Virus record (IMG/VR): IMGVR_UViG_3300048923_000295
Span: 16,938-80,937 of that record
DNA length: 64,000 nucleotides
Direction: 5' to 3' (one strand)
Origin: a virus
Lineage: Duplodnaviria > Caudoviricetes
Below the pieces are notes generated by a model. The model saw only the letters and a program-made list of their open reading frames with translations, had not been told where the DNA came from and made no database searches. This document shows positions 1 to 6,814 of the stretch, piece by piece; position 1 is the first letter of the stretch; each line of letters begins with the position of its first letter. The position numbers were made by a program, and so were the translations under genes.

Positions 1-1
1 G

Positions 2-223
2 ACCACCGTCGCCGGCACGCCGGCCCGGTCGGTTGCCCTCGTGCTCGTCGAGCAGAAGGACCGCGTCGAGCAGGCGGTGCACGCCGCCTACCCGAAGCTG
101 AAGAAGGCCAAGCCCCGCAGCCTGGCCGGTACCGGCTACCAAGACGGCGCTGCCGCCGGCCGCCGCGCCGACCTCGGCGGCACCCGCCTCGGCGGGCAGA
201 GACGTCGGGCGGTGGGACGGTGA
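2..223 (+). CDS. 5'-truncated hypothetical protein (C-terminus resembles DUF2786-type phage proteins)
   Basis: Frame is open from the window edge; ends GYQDGAAAGRRADLGG; stop overlaps the next start (GTGA). Confidence 0.55.
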   Translation, partial: TTVAGTPARSVALVLVEQKDRVEQAVHAAYPKLKKAKPRSLAGTGYQDGAAAGRRADLGGTRLGGQRRRAVGR

Positions 224-645
224 CCGCCCCGACCCGCCCGGCCGCGATGACCGCGACCCGCGGCGACGTCCTGCGGGCCCTCGCCGAGGCCGTCGACCGG
301 CTGCCCGCGACGGTGCGGCTGACCCTGTCCGCCGGCCCCTTCACGGGCCGCAGCCCCTACTTCTCGGTCCACGCGCACGGCGGGACCCCGCAGCAGAACG
401 TCGCCGCGCTGGCGACGATCGCACACGACCTCGCGCTCACCCTGGTCGTCCCGGTCACCGTCGACCAGTGGGCCGACGCCGACGGCGACGAGGTCATCTC
501 GATCAGCGCGACGACCCGCTGGCGCGGCGTCCGCCTGGAGCTCGTCGCCTTCCCCCGTGCGGACCACAGGCCGGACGCCGACGTCGTGGAGGCGTTGGTC
601 GCGCCGCTGCGGCTCGCGCTCGGCCCCGCGGCGGTGACGTCGTGA
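220..645 (+). CDS. hypothetical phage protein
   Basis: 141 aa, GC3-biased codons, GTGA overlaps at both ends. Confidence 0.7.
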   Translation: MTAPTRPAAMTATRGDVLRALAEAVDRLPATVRLTLSAGPFTGRSPYFSVHAHGGTPQQNVAALATIAHDLALTLVVPVTVDQWADADGDEVISISATTRWRGVRLELVAFPRADHRPDADVVEALVAPLRLALGPAAVTS

Positions 646-830
646 TCGGCCCGGACGGAATGCCGATCCCCGGAGCCGGCTGGCCCGCCCTGGAGCCCCC
701 CGGCCCCCTGTACGCCCCCCGGCCGCCGCGCCGATGGGACCTCGCCGCCTGGGTGCTGCTGTTCGCCCTCGGCACTCCGGCGGCGCTGCTCCTCGGCATC
801 CACCTCGGCATCAACCTGGCCCGGCCGTGA
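642..830 (+). CDS. small membrane protein
   Basis: GTG start overlaps the previous stop; hydrophobic segment WDLAAWVLLFALGTPAALLLGIHLG. Confidence 0.6.
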   Translation: MIGPDGMPIPGAGWPALEPPGPLYAPRPPRRWDLAAWVLLFALGTPAALLLGIHLGINLARP

Positions 831-1282
831 CCGGCCCGCAGGTGCAGACCCTCGGCTACGCCCCAGACCATCCCGGGTGGGCGGCGGTCTGGCCGGCGCT
901 CGGCGGGGATCTCGCGCAGATCGTCGCCGACGCGGCCCGCCACAACATCGCCCTGGACGCGGTCATCACCGCCGACCAGATGTGGCTGCACACCAACCAG
1001 CAGAGCCTCCTGACGCTCCACGGCCCGCACACCCCCGGGCTGGCGCACCGCTGGCTGCACGAGACCGCGCAGACCAGCGGCGTGCCCTACGGGCCGTGGC
1101 TCGCCGCCGCGATGCTCCACATCCACCTGGTCGCCCCGGCCTGCACCCGGCTCGGTTCGGACACGGACTGGGACCGCGGCTGGCTGCCCGCCAGGCGGAT
1201 CTGCTCCCGCCGGTTCGACCCCGTGCCGGACACGTCCCCGCTGGTCCAGCCGGCGGATGCGTTCGCCGGCATCCAACTCTAG
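827..1282 (+). CDS. hypothetical phage protein
   Basis: GTGA-coupled ORF, VTGPQVQTLGYAP..., coding-like codon usage. Confidence 0.6.
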   Translation: MTGPQVQTLGYAPDHPGWAAVWPALGGDLAQIVADAARHNIALDAVITADQMWLHTNQQSLLTLHGPHTPGLAHRWLHETAQTSGVPYGPWLAAAMLHIHLVAPACTRLGSDTDWDRGWLPARRICSRRFDPVPDTSPLVQPADAFAGIQL

Positions 1283-1284
1283 GA

Positions 1285-1482
1285 ATGATCATGACAGACG
1301 AAAAGCCGACCCTCCGATCGGGCGCGGTCGCCGAACGTTTCGGCGTCGACACCAAAACGGTTCTCGCCTGGGTGCACGCTGGGAAGCTGAAGGCCGTCAA
1401 GACCCTCGGAGGGCACTACCGGTTCCGCGAGTCTGACGTCAACGCGGCCGCCGAAGCACAGCAGGCTCTGGACGGGCAGTGA
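1285..1482 (+). CDS. BldC-like / excisionase-family MerR-type HTH DNA-binding protein
   Basis: RSGAVAERFGVDTKTVLAWVHAGKLKAVKTLGGHYRFRESDV closely parallels Streptomyces BldC (FRVDPKTVTRWAKAGKL..RTLGGHRRY). Confidence 0.85.
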   Translation: MIMTDEKPTLRSGAVAERFGVDTKTVLAWVHAGKLKAVKTLGGHYRFRESDVNAAAEAQQALDGQ

Positions 1483-1616
1483 GCGACCTCGACGGGGCGA
1501 CGATCGCGAACTGCCCGGACTGCTGGGGCACCGTCTGGGTTCCTCCTAGCGGCACGGCGAGCAGCTCCAGCGCCCACGCATCCAACAAGCCCTGCCCCGG
1601 TCGGCCGCGCCGGTGA
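1479..1616 (+). CDS. small putative zinc-finger protein (45 aa)
   Basis: Read by hand: MSDLDGATIANCPDCWG...AH...KPCPG; GTGA overlaps at both ends. Confidence 0.5.
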   Translation: MSDLDGATIANCPDCWGTVWVPPSGTASSSSAHASNKPCPGRPRR

Positions 1617-1741
1617 GCGGCGTCTGCGTGCTCTGCCTCGGCACCGGCGCTCCCTGCCTGCGCTGCGGCGGGCAGGGCATCGACCCCGACCCGGAAGCCG
1701 CGAAGCTCCCCCAACCCGACACCACACCGGAGGCACGGTGA
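1613..1741 (+). CDS. small DnaJ-type zinc-finger protein (42 aa)
   Basis: Read by hand: CVLCLGTG...CLRCGGQG, two CxxCxGxG motifs; GTGA overlaps at both ends. Confidence 0.6.
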   Translation: MSGVCVLCLGTGAPCLRCGGQGIDPDPEAAKLPQPDTTPEAR

Positions 1742-2121
1742 ACCCCCTCGATTTCCCCCCCGGCTCGCGTCAGGACCTACAGTCCCGACGACTTCAGGGC
1801 GCGGTGCTCAACTGCGCCGACTGGGAGCTGACCTTCGGTGCCACGAACATCCCTTTGATCGCCCAGCGCCGTTACCAGTGTGGTGCGGAAAGTGGATGCG
1901 TGCGCGGTTTCCACTACTGCGTGATCGCCACCGTCGGCTACTGGGACACCGAAGCCGGCGGCGAATGGCACTGGCATCTGATCGACACGCGGCGGGACCG
2001 CCCCGGCGACAGCGTCGTTCGCCTCGACAGGTCGCCCTACACCGAACCCAGTGAGGCGATGGCCAAAGCCGAGCAGGGGACGACCTTGTTCCTCGCGGGC
2101 CACGCCGACTGCCACATCTGA
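1738..2121 (+). CDS. hypothetical phage protein
   Basis: 127 aa ORF coupled to the upstream stop. Confidence 0.65.
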   Translation: MNPLDFPPGSRQDLQSRRLQGAVLNCADWELTFGATNIPLIAQRRYQCGAESGCVRGFHYCVIATVGYWDTEAGGEWHWHLIDTRRDRPGDSVVRLDRSPYTEPSEAMAKAEQGTTLFLAGHADCHI

Positions 2122-2246
2122 GCCCCGATCGCCGGCCTCTTCCCTCCCCTTGGGGCTGGCGGTCCTCCCCCGCCTGCCGGCCTGGCCTCTCGCTCCCCTG
2201 TCACGCGGCCGGGCCGGCAGGCATCCCGAACGCGAAAGGAATCCCA

Positions 2247-2645
2247 GTGGAACGAACCGACCGGTTCGACGGCACGATCACCGCCACCGTCCGCTACAGC
2301 GGCTGGAAGCCGCCGGCCGACGAAATCGTCGAGGGCCTGACCGACTTCTTCGGACCCTACCGGGACGACGAGCTGCCCTACATCCGGCAGATCCGCCTCG
2401 ACGCCCGGGCGGCGCCGACCCGCCGGAACCTGGTGCTCGCTATCGGCGTGTCGTACGCCCTGTTCGTCGGCCTCGTGCTGGCCGTCTACGGACTGATCCT
2501 CACCTACGACCACCGGTTCTGGCTCGGCGTGGGCCTGGCCGTCGTCGGCGCGGCGCTGGCCGGGGTCGCCGCCAGCTGGATCGTCCGGCTGTTGCGCCGA
2601 GAGGTCCAGCGGGAGCGGGACAGCGTCATCTACAGCAAGCCCTGA
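2247..2645 (+). CDS. two-TM membrane protein
   Basis: Preceded by AAAGGA SD; two hydrophobic helices. Confidence 0.7.
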   Translation: MERTDRFDGTITATVRYSGWKPPADEIVEGLTDFFGPYRDDELPYIRQIRLDARAAPTRRNLVLAIGVSYALFVGLVLAVYGLILTYDHRFWLGVGLAVVGAALAGVAASWIVRLLRREVQRERDSVIYSKP

Positions 2646-2721
2646 GACCGGCCGTCCGGCCCGGCCCCTCATCCCCTGTCACGGGCCGGGCCGGCAGGCA
2701 CCCCAACCACCAAGGAAAGCG

Positions 2722-3288
2722 ATGATCGAGGACACCACCAAGCGCGCCCCGATGCTCCACCTCCTCGGCGCCTTGTCCGACGGCCCCTCCGGCTACATCG
2801 AGGGCATGGAGGCCGGCGGCGGCCGGCAGCTCGCCGCCTCCGACCTCCTACCCACCGACCTCTCCCCAGCCGACGAGGGCGCCTGGACCGCGCTCGGGTT
2901 CACCCTCGGCGACACGGTCGACGGCGACCCCCTGTTCCGCCACGCCACCTTGCCGGAGGGCTGGACCCGCCGCTCCCACCAGGATCCGCGCGGCTCGGAC
3001 ATCCTCGACACCCGCGGCATCCCCAGGGTGTCGATCTTCTACAAGGCGGCGTTCTACGACCGGCGGGCGTCCGCGAGCATCGTCAACGTCGGTTCCGTCG
3101 TCGCGAACACCGCGATCTACGACGACGGCGACTACATGATCCCCTGGGATCTGCTGACCGCCGACGAGACGGCGACCGTCGTCCGTGTGCTCGACGAGTA
3201 CCTCGCCGACGTCGCCGACTATCCGGGCACCCACGGTCAGCGCGTTCCCCGCGTGCAGGCGCTCCGCAGCTCGGCGCCGTCCACCTGA
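2722..3288 (+). CDS. conserved hypothetical phage protein
   Basis: AAGGA SD; DPLF..ATLPEGW...RVSIFYKAAFYDR pattern, which I recall from many phage proteins. Confidence 0.75.
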   Translation: MIEDTTKRAPMLHLLGALSDGPSGYIEGMEAGGGRQLAASDLLPTDLSPADEGAWTALGFTLGDTVDGDPLFRHATLPEGWTRRSHQDPRGSDILDTRGIPRVSIFYKAAFYDRRASASIVNVGSVVANTAIYDDGDYMIPWDLLTADETATVVRVLDEYLADVADYPGTHGQRVPRVQALRSSAPST

Positions 3289-3423
3289 GACCGGCCGTCC
3301 GGCCCGGCCCTGTCTCCCCGGGCCGGACGGCCACCCCCGGTTCTGTTCCACCGTCTCCCGGTCTCGGCACCCCCCGAGCCGGGCCGGGAGGCGGCGGTAC
3401 AGAACCGACCCGAGAGGACCACG

Positions 3424-3999
3424 ATGCGCTTCGCGTTGGAGCTGACCGGCGCCACACCGTTGGTCATGCACAACATCCGTCTGGCCGACGAAGACGACGA
3501 GATCGTCATGGAGATCAAGAAGCTGACGAGTAAGAAAACGAAGACGAAGCAGGACCGAGACGAAATCGGCCGCTTGGAGTGGTACGGCGGTCTCTACACC
3601 GACCAGGGGAAGGTGGTGATGCCGACCGAGAACTTCAAGCGGTGCGTTGCCGAGATTGCCAAGGTTCGGAAGCTCGGCAAGGCGGTCGAGCGGGCGATGT
3701 TGCCCCTCGACGGTCTTCACGTTCCACTCATCCACGATGGCCCGCAGTCCCTCGAAGAACTGTGCTCCTCCGACGTCTACCGACTCAGGAAGTCGGTGGG
3801 CGTGATGGGCAGGCGTGTTACGCGAGTCAGGCCGCGATTCCCGGCCTGGGGCCTGACGCTGTCCGTGGAACTGCTGGCGGACGTCATGGACCCTGGCACC
3901 TTTGTCGACCTCGTCCATCTCGCCGGCCGCGCCGAGGGCCTTGGCGACGGAAGGCGCATCGGCTATGGACGATTCTCGGCCACGATAAAGGAGGTATGA
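3424..3999 (+). CDS. stand-alone RAMP / Cas7-like protein (candidate guide-RNA-binding filament subunit; Vipr-like)
   Basis: N-terminal strand FALELTGATPLVMHN, central LEWYGGLY...VMPTENFKRCV, RVRPRFPAW, and C-terminal Gly-rich loop GLGDGRRIGYGRF typical of RAMP/Cas7 folds. No cas1/cas2/cas3 or CRISPR array in the window. Confidence 0.8.
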   Translation: MRFALELTGATPLVMHNIRLADEDDEIVMEIKKLTSKKTKTKQDRDEIGRLEWYGGLYTDQGKVVMPTENFKRCVAEIAKVRKLGKAVERAMLPLDGLHVPLIHDGPQSLEELCSSDVYRLRKSVGVMGRRVTRVRPRFPAWGLTLSVELLADVMDPGTFVDLVHLAGRAEGLGDGRRIGYGRFSATIKEV

Positions 4000-4020
4000 T
4001 GCTGAAGCAGGCCGCCGCCA

Positions 4021-4090
4021 GGACCGGCATGGCTAGGCGGGGCTCGGCCTGGTTGGGCCAGGCATTGCGCGGTAAGGCTGGGTTGGGCGG
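4021..4090 (+). ncRNA. GGY-NN pentamer array 1 (candidate guide RNA)
   Basis: GGA-CC GGC-AT GGC-TA GGC-GG GGC-TC GGC-CT GGT-TG GGC-CA GGC-AT TGC-GC GGT-AA GGC-TG GGT-TG GGC-GG: 14 units in phase. Confidence 0.8.
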
Positions 4091-4099
4091 TGGGCTGGC

Positions 4100-4612
4100 G
4101 TGAGCCCGTTCACCGCCCGCAGCCCCGACGGCCGCTCGGAATGGCAGATCGTCCGCGACCTCATCGCCACCTACAGCCTGAAGCCGGGCGACATCCTCCC
4201 CTACCACGATCTCCACGTCGCCCTGAACAGGGACGAGGAAGAGCGGCAGGCCGTCCAACGGGCCGCCCGCGAAGCCTCACGACACATGCTCCAGCTCGAC
4301 AAGAGATGCCTGGTCCCGGTGCCGAACGAGGGCTACCGGCTGGCGCTCCCCAGCGAGCACGTGCGCGTCGCCAAGGAACGGGAGGCGCGGGGGGTCCGCC
4401 AGTTCGCCCGAGCGATCAAGGTGTACGACGGCACCCCGCTCGACGAACTGAAGCCCGCCGAGCGCGAACTTCACCTCAACACCTCCATGCTCGCCAAGAC
4501 CGCTTTCGCCGCTCTCGATGATCACGAGAAGAGGCTACGGAGACTGGAAAATGTGATCGGTGGGATCGCCGGACCCAAAATCATTGATCACGACCCGGAA
4601 GAGATAGTGTAA
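4100..4612 (+). CDS. accessory protein embedded in the RAMP/array locus (predicted winged-helix N-terminus, helical or coiled-coil C-terminus)
   Basis: 170 aa; LKPGDILPYHDL..., LVPVPNEGYRL resembles a wing; C-terminal DDHEKRLRRLENVI looks like a coiled coil. Confidence 0.75.
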   Translation: MSPFTARSPDGRSEWQIVRDLIATYSLKPGDILPYHDLHVALNRDEEERQAVQRAAREASRHMLQLDKRCLVPVPNEGYRLALPSEHVRVAKEREARGVRQFARAIKVYDGTPLDELKPAERELHLNTSMLAKTAFAALDDHEKRLRRLENVIGGIAGPKIIDHDPEEIV

Positions 4613-4626
4613 AGAACACAGTTCTG

Positions 4627-4700
4627 GGCCGCGCAGGTTAGGGCGGGGCCCGGCTAGGCGGGGCTGCGCTAGGCAGGTCCCGGCGGGGAAGGGAAGGCTG
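4627..4700 (+). ncRNA. GGY-NN pentamer array 2
   Basis: GGC-CG CGC-AG GTT-AG GGC-GG GGC-CC GGC-TA GGC-GG GGC-TG CGC-TA GGC-AG GTC-CC GGC-GG ..., ending AAGGCTGGGG (one 1-nt slip). Confidence 0.7.
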
Positions 4701-4702
4701 GG

Positions 4703-4770
4703 GCGCTTTCATGCGCGGGTGGCGGGCAGGCATCAACGTTCGAGCCGTTGACACCCACGGCCGAAAGGCC
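4703..4770 (+). ncRNA. tRNA-like spacer module A
   Basis: GCGC-tttcat-GCGC hairpin; GGGTG/CACCC stem; TCAACG-TTCGAGC-CGTTGA T-arm; GGCC-GAAA-GGCC tetraloop. Confidence 0.75.
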
Positions 4771-4781
4771 GATTAACTCGC

Positions 4782-4841
4782 GGCGTGGCTTGGCCCGGCT
4801 CGGCAAGGCGAGGCGGGGCGAGGCGCGGCGTGGTGAGGCTG
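4782..4841 (+). ncRNA. GGY-NN pentamer array 3
   Basis: 12 of 12 perfect GGY units; NN = GT TT CC TC AA GA GG GA GC GT GA TG. Confidence 0.85.
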
Positions 4842-4843
4842 GG

Positions 4844-4911
4844 GCGCTTTCATGCGCGGGAGGCTGGCAGCCATCGGGGTTCGAGGCCCCGACTCCCACG
4901 GTCGCAAGACC
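4844..4911 (+). ncRNA. tRNA-like spacer module B
   Basis: GCGC-tttcat-GCGC; GGGAG/CTCCC; TCGGGG-TTCGAGG-CCCCGA; GGTC-GCAA-GACC. Confidence 0.75.
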
Positions 4912-4923
4912 GATTCAGGTAAA

Positions 4924-4988
4924 GGCGCGGCTAGGTCAGGCTCGGCCGGGCGAGGCACGGCATGGCATGGCTGGGCCGGGGAAGGCTG
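4924..4988 (+). ncRNA. GGY-NN pentamer array 4
   Basis: GGC-GC GGC-TA GGT-CA(G) GGC-TC GGC-CG GGC-GA GGC-AC GGC-AT GGC-AT GGC-TG GGC-C GGG-AA GGC-TG (two 1-nt slips). Confidence 0.8.
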
Positions 4989-4990
4989 GG

Positions 4991-5059
4991 GCATCTTCGG
5001 ATGCGGGCGGATGGCATACACGCGGGGTTCGAGTCCCCGGCGCCCACGGCCGAAAGGCC
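4991..5059 (+). ncRNA. tRNA-like spacer module C
   Basis: GCATC-TTCG-GATGC; GGGCG/CGCCC; CGGGG-TTCGAGT-CCCCG; GGCC-GAAA-GGCC. Confidence 0.75.
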
Positions 5060-5064
5060 AGCAC

Positions 5065-5144
5065 GGTTCAGACTGGCGGGGCCGGGATAGGTGTGGCACC
5101 GCTGGGCGCGTCTAGGCGCGGCGCCGCTGGGCCTGGCAAAGCTG
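5065..5144 (+). ncRNA. GGY-NN pentamer array 5
   Basis: In phase every 5 nt from 5065; from 5075 NN = GG CG TA GT AC TG GC TA GC GC TG CT AA TG. Confidence 0.75.
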
Positions 5145-5147
5145 GGA

Positions 5148-5178
5148 GCGGGGGGGCGACTCGAAGTCGCCCCCCCGC
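5148..5178 (+). terminator. 13-bp hairpin closing the array locus
   Basis: GCGGGGGGGCGAC-TCGAA-GTCGCCCCCCCGC, perfect stem. Confidence 0.7.
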
Positions 5179-5319
5179 ATTCAAAGCAATTTGAACACAT
5201 CCGAGAGGACCCCTGTTGCGCGTTCGTCTCCGCCGTGCCGCCTGCCGCTGCCGACATCGCCGACGACCTGCTCGACCTCGTCACCGACCTGATCACCCGC
5301 TGACCGAACGGAACCGATC

Positions 5320-5442
5320 ATGAAGAGACGCATCCTCCCCGCCGTCGCGCTCGCCGGCACGCTGGCGCTGACCGCGACCGGCTGCGACGACAACCGGGCC
5401 GCCCTCGCCGTCGCCCCGAACGACCCCCGGTGCTCCGGATGA
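5320..5442 (+). CDS. tiny lipoprotein (40 aa)
   Basis: Read by hand: MKRRILPAVALAGTLALTATG-CDD..., signal peptide with lipobox Cys. Confidence 0.6.
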   Translation: MKRRILPAVALAGTLALTATGCDDNRAALAVAPNDPRCSG

Positions 5443-5858
5443 TCATGCGCACCCTGAACCTCAGCGCCGACCCGCCGACCCTCGATGGCCAGCCGATCCC
5501 CTACCCGCACGCCTGGGAGATCTCCTCCCGCGGCATCCGGGTGAACGGCGCCCGTCTCTTCGGCGTCCGCGCCGTCCACGGCGGCCGGACGATCGAGACC
5601 GCGGACCCTGACCCGGATGGCCGCTGCTGCGACCTGCACGGCCGGTGGGGCGCCGACTGTGGATGCACGGTCCCGGCTCCGGCGTCCGCCGCACCCTCCC
5701 CGCTGGCGGTCCGTCTCGCCGAGCTCGCCACCCGCTGGGAGCAGGCCGCTGCGGACATGCCCGACACCGCCGGCCCGGCCGCGAGCGCCGCCCGCGCGCA
5801 TCTGCGGGCCTGCGCACGCGACCTTCGCAAGGAGCTGGAAGGCGGCGGCCATGCGTAG
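5439..5858 (+). CDS. hypothetical protein
   Basis: ATGA overlap with upstream ORF; contains CCDLHGRWGADC. Confidence 0.65.
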   Translation: MIMRTLNLSADPPTLDGQPIPYPHAWEISSRGIRVNGARLFGVRAVHGGRTIETADPDPDGRCCDLHGRWGADCGCTVPAPASAAPSPLAVRLAELATRWEQAAADMPDTAGPAASAARAHLRACARDLRKELEGGGHA

Positions 5859-6096
5859 CCGACTCGCCGCCGGTCTGCTTGCCGTCGCGCTGGCCACGGC
5901 CGGTCTGGTGGCCTGCCAGTCGGGCAGCGCCTGCGCCTCCCCGCCGCTAGTCCTGGCCCGCGGCGCCGGCAGCCACGGAGGTCACAGCTCCGGCCACGGC
6001 CACAGCTCCAGCCACGGGGGCAGCCGGAGTCGTCCCCACGCCCCGCATCCGGTCGTCGTTCACCCCGGCGGCAGCGGCAGGCACTGTGATGACTGA
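5851..6096 (+). CDS. small lipoprotein with His/Gly/Ser-rich tail
   Basis: MRSRLAAGLLAVALATAGLVA-C lipobox; GSHGGHSSGHGHSSSHGG. Confidence 0.65.
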   Translation: MRSRLAAGLLAVALATAGLVACQSGSACASPPLVLARGAGSHGGHSSGHGHSSSHGGSRSRPHAPHPVVVHPGGSGRHCDD

Positions 6097-6814
6097 CCCG
6101 ACCCTGCCGGAGGAGCTGCGCGCCCGCCTGGCCGCCGCCGGCCGCCAGGTGCACCGCACACTCGGCCCGGACGACGATTCCCGCGCGCTCGCCCTCGAGG
6201 TCCGCGCCGCCGGCCTCTGCGCCCAGATCTGCCCCGTAGCCGAGGGCCCCGACGCGGAGGCCACCGGCTGGCGGCACGACATCTGCGTCCTGGCGCCGGA
6301 CCATCTCGACCGCCACCGGTCGGCGCTGTGGACCCGGTGGGGCCTGGACTGGCACGAGATGCGAGACCGGGCCCTCGCTCTCGCCGACCGTGTCAGGGCC
6401 ACCGAAGAGCGCGCCGAGGAGCTGGAGGCCGAGCTGGTCGGCACCCGAGACGCCCTCGCGCTGGCCACCCGGGATCGGGGGCACTGGCGGGACGCCCACC
6501 TCCGCCTCCGCGGCCAGGTCGAGGCGCTGCTGGGATCCATGGGGTTCGCGCCGGGCTCCTACTCGAACGGCTGGGACGACGCCCTCGGCCGGGTGCTCGA
6601 CACGCTGCTCCCACCCGAGGCCGACCGGGACGCGGACGGCCGTCCCCCGCTCGGCGCCCGGGTCACCGTGACCGTGACCGGCATCGTCGACCCGGGCCGT
6701 TACGACGGCACCCAGGCCTACATCTCCGCGTCACGGTCCCAGCTCGACGGAGACCTGTGGCTCGACAAACCCACCATCGTCATCACCGCCGCGCCTACCG
6801 AGGAGACCCGTTGA
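6086..6814 (+). CDS. hypothetical protein with coiled coil
   Basis: 242 aa ORF with coding-like codon usage. Confidence 0.7.
   Translation: MMTDPTLPEELRARLAAAGRQVHRTLGPDDDSRALALEVRAAGLCAQICPVAEGPDAEATGWRHDICVLAPDHLDRHRSALWTRWGLDWHEMRDRALALADRVRATEERAEELEAELVGTRDALALATRDRGHWRDAHLRLRGQVEALLGSMGFAPGSYSNGWDDALGRVLDTLLPPEADRDADGRPPLGARVTVTVTGIVDPGRYDGTQAYISASRSQLDGDLWLDKPTIVITAAPTEETR

Larger units (their letters stand above)
2194..3310. repeat. intergenic cassette-boundary direct repeats and hairpins
   Basis: TGAGACCGGCCGTCCGGCCCGGCCC is identical at 2643-2667 and 3286-3310; TCCCCTGTCACG(C)GGCCGGGCCGGCAGGCA occurs at 2194-2223 and 2672-2700. Confidence 0.85.

Noticed and set aside
4703-5059. 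Functional tRNA genes
   Set aside because: T-arms are present but there is no D-arm, anticodon arm or CCA; treated as tRNA-like modules.
4021-5144. Canonical CRISPR array
   Set aside because: No 25-45-bp identical repeats separated by spacers and no cas1/cas2; the periodicity is 5 nt, so it is reported as a distinct guide-like array.
4669-5303. ORFs 4669-4899, 4748-5194, 4773-5099, 4852-5115, 4931-5296 and 5091-5303
   Set aside because: ARLG/RRG-type low-complexity translations produced by the GGY-NN repeats; no SD and non-phage codon pattern.
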